Notes: generated by a model from the letters alone, not told the origin. Shown: positions 40,376 to 53,658, counted from the whole stretch's first letter. The stretch is 63,915 nucleotides of DNA, filler included, from Reticulomyxa filosa (GCA_000512085.1; 22 parts of 22 records of this genome joined end to end with filler, not necessarily neighbours in it); one strand, 5' to 3'. A program made the numbers and translations.

Positions 40376-41050
40376 ACCTTTTTTTTTTTAGGATTTTTTT
40401 TTGTTTACCAATTGTCCGACAATATAAGGCATCATTGTAATGTTTTGACTTTGAGCTTGAGAAGTGTTTAGCAACATTGGATTGGCGGATAACATTGTGT
40501 TGCTTGGTAACATTGGATTGCTTATCCAAGGGTTCACAGGCTTTATGTCTTCCCATAACTCCAAGTTCTTTGGTAACGTTTGTCCTGCAAACTCCTCCAC
40601 AGACTGCAATAATTCCAAATTAATCATTCGTATCAAATGGGAATCATATTGTGTTGACATCGCCTGGAGTGATTCTGCTATCCTTCCCATTTCAAACATC
40701 ACTCGGAGATATAATATACACTGTGCCAGGCAATCGTAATCCGCCACTCCATTCTTCACTGTCTCCTGCATCTGTGCATTTAGTCCTGGAATTTTTTGAT
40801 TGGTCTATTAACTCACTACATTGAATTTCCAACCACCGGGCCCCTTTTGTTATACGCATTGGCCCAAATCCTTTCAAGAACACTCGCAGAAATTGCTCTG
40901 CAACTTTGATATTTAAGGTTGTGAATGCTGCTCGGGGAAAATAACATACCAATAAGCTATCCGCTATCATTTTGAACCTTACAGGGTTACGTTCTTTTTT
41001 ACGTGGTTTTTTTTCCGAAATATATCGACTTTTAAATTGGTTTTGGCTAA
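40376..41050 (-). CDS. Exon(s) of an unknown protein, one frameshift
   Basis: Overlapping ORFs 40692-40970 and 40388-40771 have coding-like composition. It is divergent from OARD1. Confidence 0.4.
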
Positions 41051-41317
41051 AAAACGACGTGTTTACAAGCTAAAAATTTTTACAAATTTGAGAATTCATT
41101 GCTTTGAGGCTCTCGCTTTTCACAAAATTGTCTAGAATGTGCTTGATTTTTGATTTTGATTTACAATCTATATTCAAATTAAACCACTTCATCATAAAAA
41201 AGGTCTTCATTATTGATTTCATGATGGAGCCTTGACTTGTAGACAAGAAAAGACCCTGTAAAGGGTTTCAGTTTGAAAATTTGATTTCAATCTTACATAA
41301 TTCTTTCCAAATTACCA

Positions 41318-42039
41318 ATGAGCAAACTTGAAGAAAAAGTAAGTGAAAAAACCGACGGCACAAAAGTTGATACTGGTACGTTTCCTTTTTTTTTTCCCCT
41401 TCGCCACGGTTAACGTTCTAGTTTTGTGTTCCGATGGTGTGCTTTGAAAGAGATGGCCTCTGGATATCGATTAAGTGTCCTCAAAGGCGATTTATTTACA
41501 TGTCCGCAAACATTTTCTATGGCTCATTGTGTGTCACGAGACTTGCACATGGGAAAGGGTATTGCTACCTTATTTAAAGAGAAATTTGGTGGGGTGTTGG
41601 AATTGAAAAGTTTTGCAAATTTTAATCGAGCTTTTTTTTTAACAAGAACAAAAACAAAACTTTTTTTTTTGCAGAACAGGGCCGCGATATTGGTCAAGCT
41701 GCAATTCTGAAAAGAGACGACAAATATATTTACTATTTGATTACAAAAGTTTGTATCCAGTAGGATTGTGTTTGTCCAAAAGCAAATTAATTGTGGAACG
41801 AAATGGGAAAGGTTTGTGTATTGGTTGTACAGGAAAGGTATTTCCACAAACCAACTTATGATACTCTCAGAAATTCTTTGATTTATATGCGCAACGATGC
41901 AGTCAGTAAAGATGTCAGAGCAATAGCCATGCCGAAGATTGGATGTGGCTTGGATAGACTACAATGGGATAAGGTGAGCGAAATCATTGAGGATGTGTTT
42001 GGAAATACAAAAATTGATATTCAAGTGTACGAATTATAG
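41318..42039 (+). CDS. OARD1: ADP-ribose glycohydrolase macrodomain protein (TARG1/C6orf130-like), 4 exons
   Basis: Exons 41318-41375, 41451-41609, 41675-41748 and 41833-42039 give KGDLFTCP..SMAHCVSRDLHMGKGIATLFKEKFGGV.EL, AILKRDDKYIYYLITK, KPTY.TL..SL, AMPKIGCGLDRLQW. Confidence 0.93.
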
Positions 42040-43727
42040 CGAACGTTCACCAAAAAAATATCAAAAAGGGATTGGTTGCTAAAAAGAGCAATGTTTTTTT
42101 TAATAAATTTATTGGGTGAAATTACTCACCATAAGAGTGAATAACACATTTTAAAAATAATCTTGAACATTTCATCTTCAAAATATTTATTAATGATAGA
42201 GACTTGAAAATTATGTAGGTCGTTTTTCATTCAAGCTAATAAATTGCTATTACAAAATTTATAAATCACGTCTAAGTGGAAATACATTTTTGAAAATAAA
42301 ACAAACTTTCTAATCTTAAATGCAAATTTCAAATAAGGTATAAATGATACATACCAACGCAAAAGAGCTAATCAAGGAATGAATTGACACTTTTGTTCAT
42401 GCACTTTTCCAATAACAATGTAAAAAAACAACTTTTTACATAAATTAGTAAAAAATTGCAAATATATTTTATTCTTTAAAAAAATGTTATAAAAAGTGTG
42501 ATGCAAGAACATGCACATATAATTATATTTCAGAATACATTTTATCAAGTTAAAGTATAACCAATTGTTATCCAAATCAAGGACATTCCATTTATGTTTT
42601 TTTTCACATTTGTCATAATGTACATTATACAAAAAAGATTAAACATGATATTATAAATTTAAATATATTGCTATTTACGACCATAATAAAATTATTAAAT
42701 TGTAACTTGTTTTGAAAAAACGATTGCAATTTATAAAGCTACAATTTCTTTTTGCAAAAAATTGTAAACGTTAAATATATTTTGTTTTAATTGATATTTA
42801 TTAAATAATTTAAATTAAAAGAACAAATAACGTTATTCAAAAATCTGAGCTTTGCAAAAGATAATATTTAAAAAACTATTTTCTTACTGTCTTGGACCTA
42901 AACAACTATTATTTTTACACTAAAAATAATGAACTATTATCATATTTAACAAAATACAGATAAATAAGTAAAAGAATTACTAGAAACTAACAATATCATA
43001 TCTCTTCATAAAACCAAAAAAGTTCATTAAATTTGTATTTATAAGTATTTACGTTTTTTTGTACTTGACCAACACTTTTTATTTTAAATTCAATGATCTT
43101 TTACCAAAAAGTACGTATTCCTACAATCTCAAATTTTGATAATGCATATTGCTTTGAACATCACATTCCAAGTTATTTTGGGCAAATCTAATAGTATTCC
43201 GATCTATTTTTTCTCTATTAATACTATTAACTGGTATTCAATTTCTAAAGTTTTGTGGCATAGTCTAGTAAAGGTCCAAAAGCTTGAACAGTAAAAAGAC
43301 TTACGAAATATATAGAAAGCATGAGAGAATATAAATGAGTATACACACTATCAAGCAAATGATTATTTGCGATTTATCTGCTAGTACATTACAAAGACAA
43401 TTGTCTTTATACTATAGGGTACGTATAGATTAGATTTTTCTACAATTTAAATGTACGTCACAAAATGACAGAAGGCAAGCAAACGGTTTGTGCGGTGCGT
43501 TTTTTTTGGTGAGAAAGGTCTTGATAAAATTTTTTCTATTTTTTTTCCCGCAAAGTAACGGATCTGCTATCGATTGGTCAGATATGGCAAAAAAACCACA
43601 AATGGGCGGAAGGCCAAAACCAAAGCCAACGATGACTAGAATTGTAATTCTCCAAATTTTTTTTGTTGTTGTGTCGTACACGCGAAACGTAAAAAAATGA
43701 GTGTGGACAAAATAATATCAAAATAGA

Positions 43728-45403
43728 AAACAGTCTGGGTAACAGAAGCAACAAAACCATTTGAAGAAGGTCAACATTTAACTATTTTTGTGTGTATGAA
43801 AAGCGCTTGATTTCAGTGTACGTAATGAAAAAAAAAGGAAAGGGGACAAAGTTTTTTTTGTTGTTAATTTATTTTTTTTTTGATGTGCGACAGATTTTAT
43901 GGTAGGCCAACAGCTAGGCGAACCCGGACAATTTGGGAAAGCATTTCGTGTAAAGAAAAAAGCAGATGGAAAAGAATTTGCAGCGAAGCAAATATCAAAA
44001 TCAAACTTTTATCGAATTGACAAAGATCCACGACGACGACAGGCGCTGCTGGTGGCAATGCAAGGAGAAATCGATATAATGAAGCGCTTGAACCATAAAT
44101 ACATAGTAAACTTGGACAGTGTGTACGAAGACAAGCATACGTTATGGATAGTGATGGAGGAATGCCGCGGCGGCGAACTCTTTGATCGTATTACAGCTCG
44201 TCAAAGATACAAAGAGCAAGACGCCGCTCCAGTGTTACGAATGATATTAGATGCATTATTTTATATGCACGACCATCATCGAGTCGTGCATTGTGACTTG
44301 AAACCCGACAATATTTTGTTTGTGGACAAAACAGAAGAGAGTCCGATTAAAATCATTGACTTTGGAATGAGCAAAGTGTTGCCGCGTTTGCGATCATTGC
44401 GTGAACTCTGTGGGACCCCTTATTATACGGCACCTGAAATTATCGAAGGCAACTATGCACACGAGGCCGATATGTGGTCCGTCGGCGTCATTTGTTTTGT
44501 GATGCTCTTTGGGTATCCTCCATTCTATGTGAATCCAAACCAATACTTTGGCAAAGCGGAAGCTGATGCTATTTATGCGCTGATCCAAAAAGGATTCGAC
44601 CCAACAGTTAAAAAAGGATATGGCCCTTTCTTTCCTCAGAAATTTCCTGCATCGGAAGAGGCCAAAGATTTTATGGCTCGTCTAATCGAAACGGACCGCG
44701 CCAAACGAATGACTGCGAAAGAGGCATTGCTACATCCTTGGATCAAAAATAATGGCTCGACTCAATCCTCTAACAAGAAAAATGGCGACAAAAAAGAAGA
44801 AAGCAAGGAAAATGACGAGGTTGTCAGCCGCGAAGTGTTCACTGAAATTGCTAAATTCACAAACAATTGCAACTTTAAAATTGCTGTCATCCAATTGTTC
44901 CGTTCGCAATTTGAAAAAATGAGACCTGCACACTTCCAGCATTTGAAGGAACTGTTCAAAAAATTGGACAAGGACGGAAGCGGCACAATTTCTACGAAGA
45001 GTTTGAGGAAGGCATGTTGCAAATGAAGGATTTGAAAATCAGCAAACAGCGAATTAAAGAGATGTTTGGAGAATTAGATGTCAAATCCACAGGTGAAATC
45101 CGCTTTGATGAGTTATTGAACGCTGCTGTTCATGATTATTTGGTCTCAAGTGACGAACGATTATATCAAGCCTTCCGTGAATTGGATGACGATGATGATG
45201 GAATTATTCGCGTTGAACAACTTAAGGCCAAATTGAAAGAAACCGATCCTTATGGACATTACTCTGAAATGCTAAAAATGATCGATGATGCCGACTTAGA
45301 TAAAGATGGTACGATTAACTATGAGGAATTTTTACGTGCTTTACACCCAGACTTCAACGAACAACCTGCTTGGTTCTGGGAAGACAAAAAAAAGGAAACA
45401 TAA
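43728..45403 (+). CDS. Calcium-dependent protein kinase (kinase domain + 4 EF hands)
   Basis: GEPGQFG, AAK, VHCDLKPDN, DFG, GTPYYTAPE, DMWSVG. EF hands DKDGSGTIS(YEE), DVKSTGEIRFDE, DDDDDGIIRVEQ, DLDKDGTINYEE. One 1-bp frameshift near 44992. A short 5' exon ends at 43769; the exact start is uncertain. Confidence 0.93.
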
Positions 45404-45974
45404 TTTAGAGAAGAGAGTTGTAAATACTGATGGAAGCAAATCAGCAACATTTCCATTACTGTGTTTGTTTCATCTGAGCAAGAGTTTTTTTTGGTTGATT
45501 CTTGGGGGGCTAACATTTGTCGCCATGCTCCACGTAACATTGGGCGCTGTTTCTGAAACTTTTTTTTTCAATTCCTTTTCAGTCGTGCATGGATTTGTTT
45601 GTATGTTAAACTGAAGTTCATAACTGGCCATTTTACTTCAGATTTTTGTTTGTGAATAATTTCATTTGAACATTTTCAATTCTAAAAAAAGCAGAACTTT
45701 TCTAAAATTTTTTGTAATTCGACACAACAATCGCAAATATTTGTCTGTTAATGTTAATAAAAAGTGGCAATCATGTGATAAATACTACTCAGTTAACAAA
45801 ATTAATACGTATTAACAAAATTAATACGTATACTTGTGCACTATAATATGAAAGTTCATTATTAATTGTATATCTCATTTTGTAAGCAGTAGTTAATAAT
45901 ACTAAATGTATTATTAAATACTTTTAATTGTAGAATAATTTTATCAATTATTTTATCCTTGAGTAATGTAATTA

Positions 45975-46677
45975 AAGTAGATTGCAAAAAAAACTGCAAT
46001 ACTTAAATGGCACTATATGAAGATATTGATTTTCTCAGTGAAAAATAAAGATTTACCTAATTTTTTTAAAAAATAGAACTGATAAATTTTCATCATAATT
46101 CAACAGACGTAAATCAAATTGATAGCATTTAGTTGATGGTTAAAGTAAAATTGTATAAAGGCGAAAAAATTAACAACAAACAATAACTTTGTGAAAAATT
46201 TGAAAAAATATTTGAAAAAACTGACATCAAACTATGTCAAGATCTAGTTGAGCCAATGCCACAATGAAAATCGTCAAAATACTAAAACATTACAAAAAAA
46301 TTGTTAAATAAAAAAATATTTTTAAAAAATTTCAAAAATTTTGTTAAAAATTACGAAATACAAAATGATAACCTTTTTTAAAAGTATCTACGTGACTTGA
46401 AGATCCATAAAATGAAAACAAAAAGATTTAAAAATTTCTTATTTTCAATACATGTTCAATTTATATGAACTCCTTCGAAATTTTTAAAAATCATTTCAAA
46501 AAATCATATTTTTGATCAAAATAGGAAAACTTATTATAAAACCAATTTCATATTTAAAAACTACAAGATTGTTAGATTAAAAAAAAAATTAGGTTTAAAT
46601 CTTTATTTTTCATTTAGAAAATCGATTCTCTTCATATAGTGCCATTTAGGTATGTCAGTTTTTTTTGCAATATACTG
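45975..46677 (+). mobile_element. Non-autonomous Tc1/mariner element (~700 bp, ~100-bp TIRs, TA flanks)
   Basis: Left end TA|aagtagattgcaaaaaaaactg...ggcactatatgaaga...aaaaataaagattta is the reverse complement of the right end taaatctttattttt...cttcatatagtgcc...tttgcaatatactg|TA. Internal remnant KIFEKTDIKLCQDLVEPMPQ resembles the Tc1 transposase C-terminus. Confidence 0.88.
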
Positions 46678-48499
46678 TATATGTCATCACACTTTTGGCA
46701 GTTCTTGACATATTATGATCAAGCAACATGTAGACTTAAAAGCTAATACTTAATGGCAACCACGCGAACAAGATAGTATACTTCATATAATAACTTAGTA
46801 TCTTATTGTAGCTGTTGCATTATAATATTGATATACTTATGACAAGATTCAGGCATGACATCATAAATAAATAGTTATCTTAATATGGTGTAAATGATAG
46901 AAAGTCCTTATTGCACAGTATATATGAAGTTCGAATTTTCTTAATTGTATGTTATAATATTATTGTCCATTAATGTATGAACACTATAAATATTATGATA
47001 TCACTAGACCTTACTGCAATGATGATGCTGATTGTATGCTGAAAAGGCTAATATTAAAATTATTTTGTCAAAAGCGTGATCCCTTTTAAAACAAAGGGAT
47101 TCGATAAAGTTGGCCTATCGTCAAATTTTTTTTATCAAAAAACATTATATAGTGTATTACTCGTAATTGAAGTCTATTCTCTGTAAAGCCTTTGTAAATA
47201 ATTTTTTTATTTTCAATTTAAATATATTTAACAAGAATACTTAAAATGAATTTTATTTGCACTAATAAAAAAAAACATCATACTTCACTTTGTTTTACAA
47301 GTAATTTTTGTTTATCTTTCAAATCATTTGTATCATTCAAAATACTATCTTTCATTGATAAACCACTGTCCAAATATAATCCAGCACACTATTCTCAGTT
47401 ACGTCAGCAATTTACTATTGTTACTACACCATAATCAAATTATTTTATCAGAACATTGTGCTAGTTTTGAACCTAATGTGAATGCAATTAATATAAGCAT
47501 TATGTCATTCTAACGCTTGGACTTGTTTTCTTGAATCATAATGAAAACGCTACCAATTCTTTCTATGATGAAAGAAGTTATATTTTTTATTTTTTCAATA
47601 CTGTCAGGAAATTATTAAGTAAAAATTCGAGAATTTGTAAAAACATACACAAAACTCAGAGCAAGTTTTTTTTTTTAAAACTCCTTTGTAGTTTTCAATA
47701 CAATAAATAATATGAAAAAAACTATTATAAAAAATCCCAATTTTTGCGTGGTTACCATTGATTTTGTTCTCATTTTGTTCTTTTGCACTTCTTCCTTTTG
47801 AGTTGGGTCTGAAAGTCAACACACAAAAAAAAAAATTTGTTAGAAAGTGAATTTGATAAACTTGAAGAATCAGATTAATTAGCAATATACTATTTTCCTC
47901 AAATGGAAAACTGGGACAAATGGCTCATTTACATTAAAATATAATCAAAAACTAATTTAAACAGTCCAACGGTCAAGATTAAAGATAATTAAAAGTTGTG
48001 CGATTGGAACAAGTTTAATTGAAGTTTTAAAACAACGAACAAAAAAAGAAAAATTGAACAGTTTGTAAGATTTTTCTTTTAAAAGAAGTAGCTGATGTTT
48101 TTAGGGTTAAAATGTGATCATATTTTTATAAGGCCGCTATTTTTTTGTTTTGTTTTGTTTTAGTTAGAAGCGTGTGCTTTTTCNNNNNNNNNNNNNNNNN
48201 NNNNNNNNNNNNNNNNNNNNNNNNNNNTTAATTAATTAANNNNNNNNNNNNNNNNNNNNNNNNNNNNNNNNNNNNNNNNNNNNCAAACAGTCATATTCTT
48301 TTACTGTGAAAAGTGTAGTTTTTTTTAGAATTAATTTCGATTTTTCACGATAGTTTTGCATTAATAAGGACATGAATTAGTGACAATTTTATTTTTTTTG
48401 ATGAAAATTTTATTTTGATTGTTCTATTTAGGAAAGAAGATGTAGTGAAAGCATTGATAAGTTTTATAGTGAATGAAGAATTTTTTCGCAGAAAGGGTT

Positions 48500-49545
48500 T
48501 TAGCTTTATGAGTGGGAACAATTGTGGTATGTGCTTGTTTCGAGCTAGTGCGTATGAGGGACAGACGTCAAATATTTGCTTTGATTAACCTCACCAGACT
48601 GCTTAAGCAGAACTCGATCACATTGGACGCAGGCAGTGACTAATTGGTTTGTCATTGACACTTCTTTACATAACTTAAGCATCATTTAAATTACATAATT
48701 GGAGTACTGTTGTTGCAAATCTCCAAGAATTCTTCAAAATCTCTTTACAGATTGGCCGCATTTGCGCCAAGTTTCAATACTGCATCAGTCATTGCATCAC
48801 TAAGCAACCATAGATGTGCATCACACTCAAATACTTTGTGTGATATGTGCTTACAAATCGTCGATAAATACTCGTTTGAAATACACAATACACTTTTGCA
48901 CAACATGATTTCTATAAGTATATGATATGGATAAGCAATTATATAAATACATATTTATTACTAATAAATGTTGGATAAACTTGTCTAGCACTTGCTCGTG
49001 GCGTGGTTTGCGAGAGGATGAGCATTTTGATGTCCAAGTACTCAGTGTTGTCGTAGCGCGGCCCGCGTTGCAAGACTCTGCAGCTATAGTAATTCGTCGA
49101 CATTTCATCCGCTGTATCCGTGAACATAGACTGCAAAAACTCCTTGCCCGGTTGGATCACTTGTCATTGCGCATTTTCAGTTTCGACATTGTCGTTGACT
49201 TATCTTCTTCCTTATTTGCACTTGCATTTGCATTTGTCTCTTTGATTGACTCAAGTTGTTCCAAATGCTTTTTTTGTTATTGTTGCACTGGTTTTTGTGA
49301 CGCATGTTTTCGCATGTGGTCCCCAACAGCTTTTGAATGACGTGGTTGCCAGACACAACTTGACATAAGTACAAAGCTGTGCATCGCAGCATATAAGCAT
49401 AAATAACTGCTCGATATGACGATGTATCTGAGATTGTCCAACAGTTCCGAATGTATCTGCTGCCATCTCTGGCTTGATAAAGCTTTAAGAACAGCTCCGT
49501 TCCATCAGTTACAACAAACTGCATTTCAAATGGTGCGTCCAAATT
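48500..49545 (-). pseudogene. Pumilio/PUF RNA-binding protein pseudogene
   Basis: PUF repeat signatures in order: DGSRYI, GNHVIQKLL, MSTNYYSCRVLQ, QYSNYVI*, ASNVIEFCL, interrupted by stops and frameshifts. Confidence 0.78.
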
Positions 49546-50478
49546 TGTTTTTCTGTTTTTTATTTGCTTTGAAAAGTACTTTTTGCTTCATATCATTCAT
49601 ATCCTAATTTTTTTTTACATTTTTTGATACGTACACGTCACTTTTTTTTTTGCTTTTACCGTTGATCATGAACATGTTCTTGCTTTTATGAGAAAAAAAA
49701 TCACCAGCAACTGGATGTATGTTTTCTTGATCGTCGTCTTAGACTGTGTCTTGGTTGATGTCGCGATTGCGTATGCATTTTCATAGGGATCTTTTTGTTG
49801 GGCGGACTTATCTGCGAGACTTTACTTGTTTGGTGGACAAATCGTATCAGCAGTAGCAGTAAAAGCATTATGCTGGTTCGTGCCAATGAACCGAGTATTC
49901 AAAGAACTGACAAAAGGTGCGTCTTATTCTTAGTCATCACTTACTGATTGAACTGGAACAGTCCAGGAATTTGGCCGCCGGATGACATTGCAGTGATAAG
50001 TGTCCATATCTAGTCCACAGGTGGAACTCGTGATCGAACTTTTTTATTATTATTCTTATTGACACGTTAAAAAAAAAAAACTCGTCGGAATTTTTTTTGA
50101 TTTAAAAACCAACACAAAAAAATAAAATTGCGTAAATATATTATATATACATAAGTAATAAAGAGTGGCTTTGCATACGCATAATAGCACACTATCAATT
50201 GATATTGAGTAGGTCATATCTTTTTGTAAATATGTATTAATTAATCTTTTATTTTTCTGTGATAGTTTTTTTGAATAAATAAAAAATGATACAGGGAAGA
50301 CAAAGCCTTTATTTTCTTAACAAATTTTGATATTATATACGCAATTGCCAAAAGAGTTTTTAGCAAACCCCTTTATTGACAGAAAAAAGCAAGTTTTTTT
50401 TATCATCATCCTTTAAAAAAAAGTCTGTTGTGCTTTTGGATCATCTTAGCTCAAAGAAAAAGAAAAGTAAAAATGTTG

Positions 50479-51130
50479 ATGCAAATGTAAGTATGTTACG
50501 TTGTACGCATTATCTTAATACGAACATGACGATTATTTGCTGTATTCTGAATAGCTTTATGAAAACTTTAACTGGAACAATCACGTTGGATGTCGAGCCC
50601 AACAACACGATCCAGAATGTGAAAGCCAAAATCCAAGACAATGAAGAAGTAGTTATTGATCTTTGCCTGAAAGCAATTAGATGATTGCTGGACATTGAAT
50701 GACTACAACATCCAAAAAGAAAGTACATTTGGTATTGCTATTACGAGACGGTGTCATGCAAATGTAAGTTGTATATATTTTTATAAACAATTTTTATAAT
50801 CAATTCAGTACAAAAAAAAACGTATAGCTTCGTGAAGACCTTGACAGTCAAAACAATTACCTTAGACGTTGAATACAATGAGATCCAAGACAAGGAAAGC
50901 ATTCACCAAGTAATCTTTGCTGGAAAGCAATTGAAAGGTGGACGGGCCTTAAGCGATTTAAATGTAAGTAGTTTTTTTATTTTCCGAAAATTCGCAATCT
51001 TTTATTTATTTGTTTGTTTGGAATATAATTATAATTATAAATATACGTATACAGTTTTGTGAAAACCATTACTGGAAAAACAATCAAGTTGGATGTCGGA
51101 CCAGTCACACAATCAATGACAATAAAAGCA
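50479..51130 (+). pseudogene. Polyubiquitin pseudogene (three decayed monomers, introns retained)
   Basis: MQ|[28 protein letters not shown]...YNIQKEST...LRDG-V-MQ|[15 protein letters not shown]...IFAGKQL..GRALSD, then |[19 protein letters not shown] intron sits at codon 3 of each monomer; stops and deletions are present. Confidence 0.92.
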
Positions 51131-52082
51131 TTCATCCAGAATAACAAGATGCAAATATAGGCATATGCAAATAAGCAGGAATATGGGCATTGCAAAGAGC
51201 AGATCTGATAAAAGCTCTTCGTAATGTTCAGAAGTTATGCGCTAATGCATAAGCAAAAATTTAAAGAACACCGTAATAGCAGCAGTAACATCAACAATAA
51301 CGGCGATAAAATGCACTTGCCGTCAACGAGTACCACAATATCAAAAAAGAATAATTTCTGTACAAGTTATTGCAGCATCGAAGCAAGTCTATCAAGACAA
51401 TTACCACTGCCAGCGATGACAAGAAAAAGAGCGAAGATGATAGTCGAAAGATGGAAGTGAAGACTATTGATATTGATAGCGAGAAGTCTGAATTGGAGTT
51501 TGGTAAAATCGAAATAAATATAATATGTATGTATATATAATATTTATTTATTTGTTTATTTATATGTAAACACATATTGAAGCGCTTTGTGAGAAATTAG
51601 AACAAGAAATCCAACACGAAAACAAGTACGAAGAAATAGAACGCAAGTTCTTCAGCGAAAACACAATTCTTAACTTTAGCTGTAATGAAGACGATTCTAA
51701 GAGTACATTATGATTCAATCGTTGCTGTCGGTGTTAAGCAAAGATCAAAGCAACCACAACACCAGCAGTCTGCAGAGCTCGCATCTGTACAACGACTGTC
51801 TGTTGATAATAATGCAAATCTTCCAGCTAATGGGAACCAAATCACTCAATTACTTGCCATTTGTGAGTCCGCCGATATTGAAAATTGTCAAGCTATTGGA
51901 CGGCACGCACATGACTACGACGTCCAACGCAACAACACGAATCACTTGATCACCAAGGCCAACGTGTTGGAATTGCTTAGTCCGTTCATTCAAATTGTGC
52001 GATCACCACTATGATTAATCGCGAATGGAATGCCTGGATTTTGATGATTTATCGAACAAAGGAAATGAGATATAAAAACTCG

Positions 52083-52737
52083 TCAGTAAGCATAGTCATT
52101 CGTGTGAATGTCCCGCTGTCTCCTTTCACAGAATCTCTTAGCAATGCCACCACACAGACCGCACTGACTGTTTAATGAACCTGGGATGTTTATTGACATT
52201 GATATAGCTATGTAAATTTCGACCACACAACTTTTACAATAGCAAAAAATATGTTGATATTTTTTGTTGATCCATTCATTCTTTTGAATCGTATCTCGGA
52301 AGACATATTCCCAAAGCTTTGGCACTGAACAAGACCAGTTGGACATTGTCTTCGGCTTGATGAGCCTCCAATGGAAGGGGATCTTCCAAGTTTGGCAATT
52401 GAATGACAAAGACATCCAAAAATTCGGTCTGTGTCTTGTCGAGCAAATAATACAACATGGCCATCATACACTGTCGCCAAAATGTAGTATTGTCTAGCTT
52501 TCCATATTCGTTCAATTTCATCGGGATATACAAACGTCACATTAGATCTTCTTCTGGCTTGCACAACACACGATCAATGTACGTCGCAATACCTTCAGGT
52601 CGTCCGACTCATTCACAATACGCATCTTTGCACAGTGACAGATTTTGATTCTTCTAAATCGCACGTTTCTTCCAATTGTCACTAATCACGATTTCTGTAC
52701 ATGCGCCCTTCGCTGCAAGTCGCAGTCTAATCACCAT
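52083..52737 (-). pseudogene. Decayed coding fragment, product unknown
   Basis: Overlapping short ORFs in three frames with coding-like composition; no motif recognised. Confidence 0.25.
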
Positions 52738-52842
52738 NNNNNNNNNNNNNNNNNNNNNNNNNNNNNNNNNNNNNNNNNNNNTTAATTAATTAANNNNNNN
52801 NNNNNNNNNNNNNNNNNNNNNNNNNNNNNNNNNNNNNCCCCC

Positions 52843-52881
<39 letters not shown>

Positions 52882-52901
52882 ATTAATTTAATCTTGAAAA
52901 G

Positions 52902-53658
52902 GTGTTTTGCATGGGAACTGTGGAATCACGAGATGGACAAACCGGAATTAATACCACGTATAAAAGACGAAATTGGTGATAATCCCAACTATTGTGATTG
53001 TGTAAGTGAGCAATTGGCGTCCATAAGCCAAAAATTGCCTGATGGCTCTTTGTTGGTGCTTCGTAGCTATAGCTATCCCTTTCAAGATGTGCACATCTAT
53101 CGGACTCCGGACTTGGTGAAGTTGATCCAGTTGGCACAAGACACAAACAAACTCCCGTGGATTTATGACGTCAAGGTGATTGTACTGAAGAGACAATGGG
53201 TGGAAGCCATTGTCAGTGCTTGTTTGCATCGATTTGGGGATTGTGATAAAAGGGCCTTGTTTTTGCCGAGATTTTTAAGTGAACTGCAAACGGAGCTTCT
53301 TCAGATTGATCCCGAGTTTTGGATGTTACTCGATTTCAATGATCTTGTCAGTAGACCTGTCAAATATGCCAACGTGTTACAAACCTTCTTGCAGTTGAAG
53401 GATGAACGAGTTGTTGCTAATGCTTTGAAAAACTCGGTACGCGTCAGGAGCAACAATCCGAAAGACCCCACTTATAAAGATGCTTGGAAAGAGTTGCAAG
53501 AAGAGGGAAATGATCGGGCCATGAAAATGATTCATCTTGCTTTTTATAACTCACACAACAAATATCGTTGGCCCTTGTTCGATAGCCCTTTTTTCTTGGT
53601 CACACCTGAAAGTAGAGAGTTCTTGGATTCCAAAACTCATGTTGTGCTGTCACAATAG
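52902..53658 (+). CDS. Sulfotransferase-like protein, last exon
   Basis: Intact ~250-codon frame after an AG acceptor. SYP...RTPDL, DVKVIVLKR......S (3'-phosphate-binding-like motif) and LDFNDLVSRP...LQTFL match the sulfotransferase fold. The 5'-PSB motif is off the contig. Confidence 0.6.

Noticed and set aside
44985-45015. Programmed frameshift separating the CDPK kinase from its EF hands
   Set aside because: A single missing base restores GTISYEEF. Similar 1-bp indels, mostly at short runs, occur in the GH5, CDC50 and speA genes, which points to sequencing error.
45792-45830. 19-bp direct tandem duplication downstream of the CDPK
   Set aside because: Two copies in AT-rich DNA; ordinary slippage.
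47086-47101. Small hairpin (atcccttt...aaagggat) as a Helitron 3' end or terminator
   Set aside because: No CTRR terminus at the expected distance and no second copy seen.
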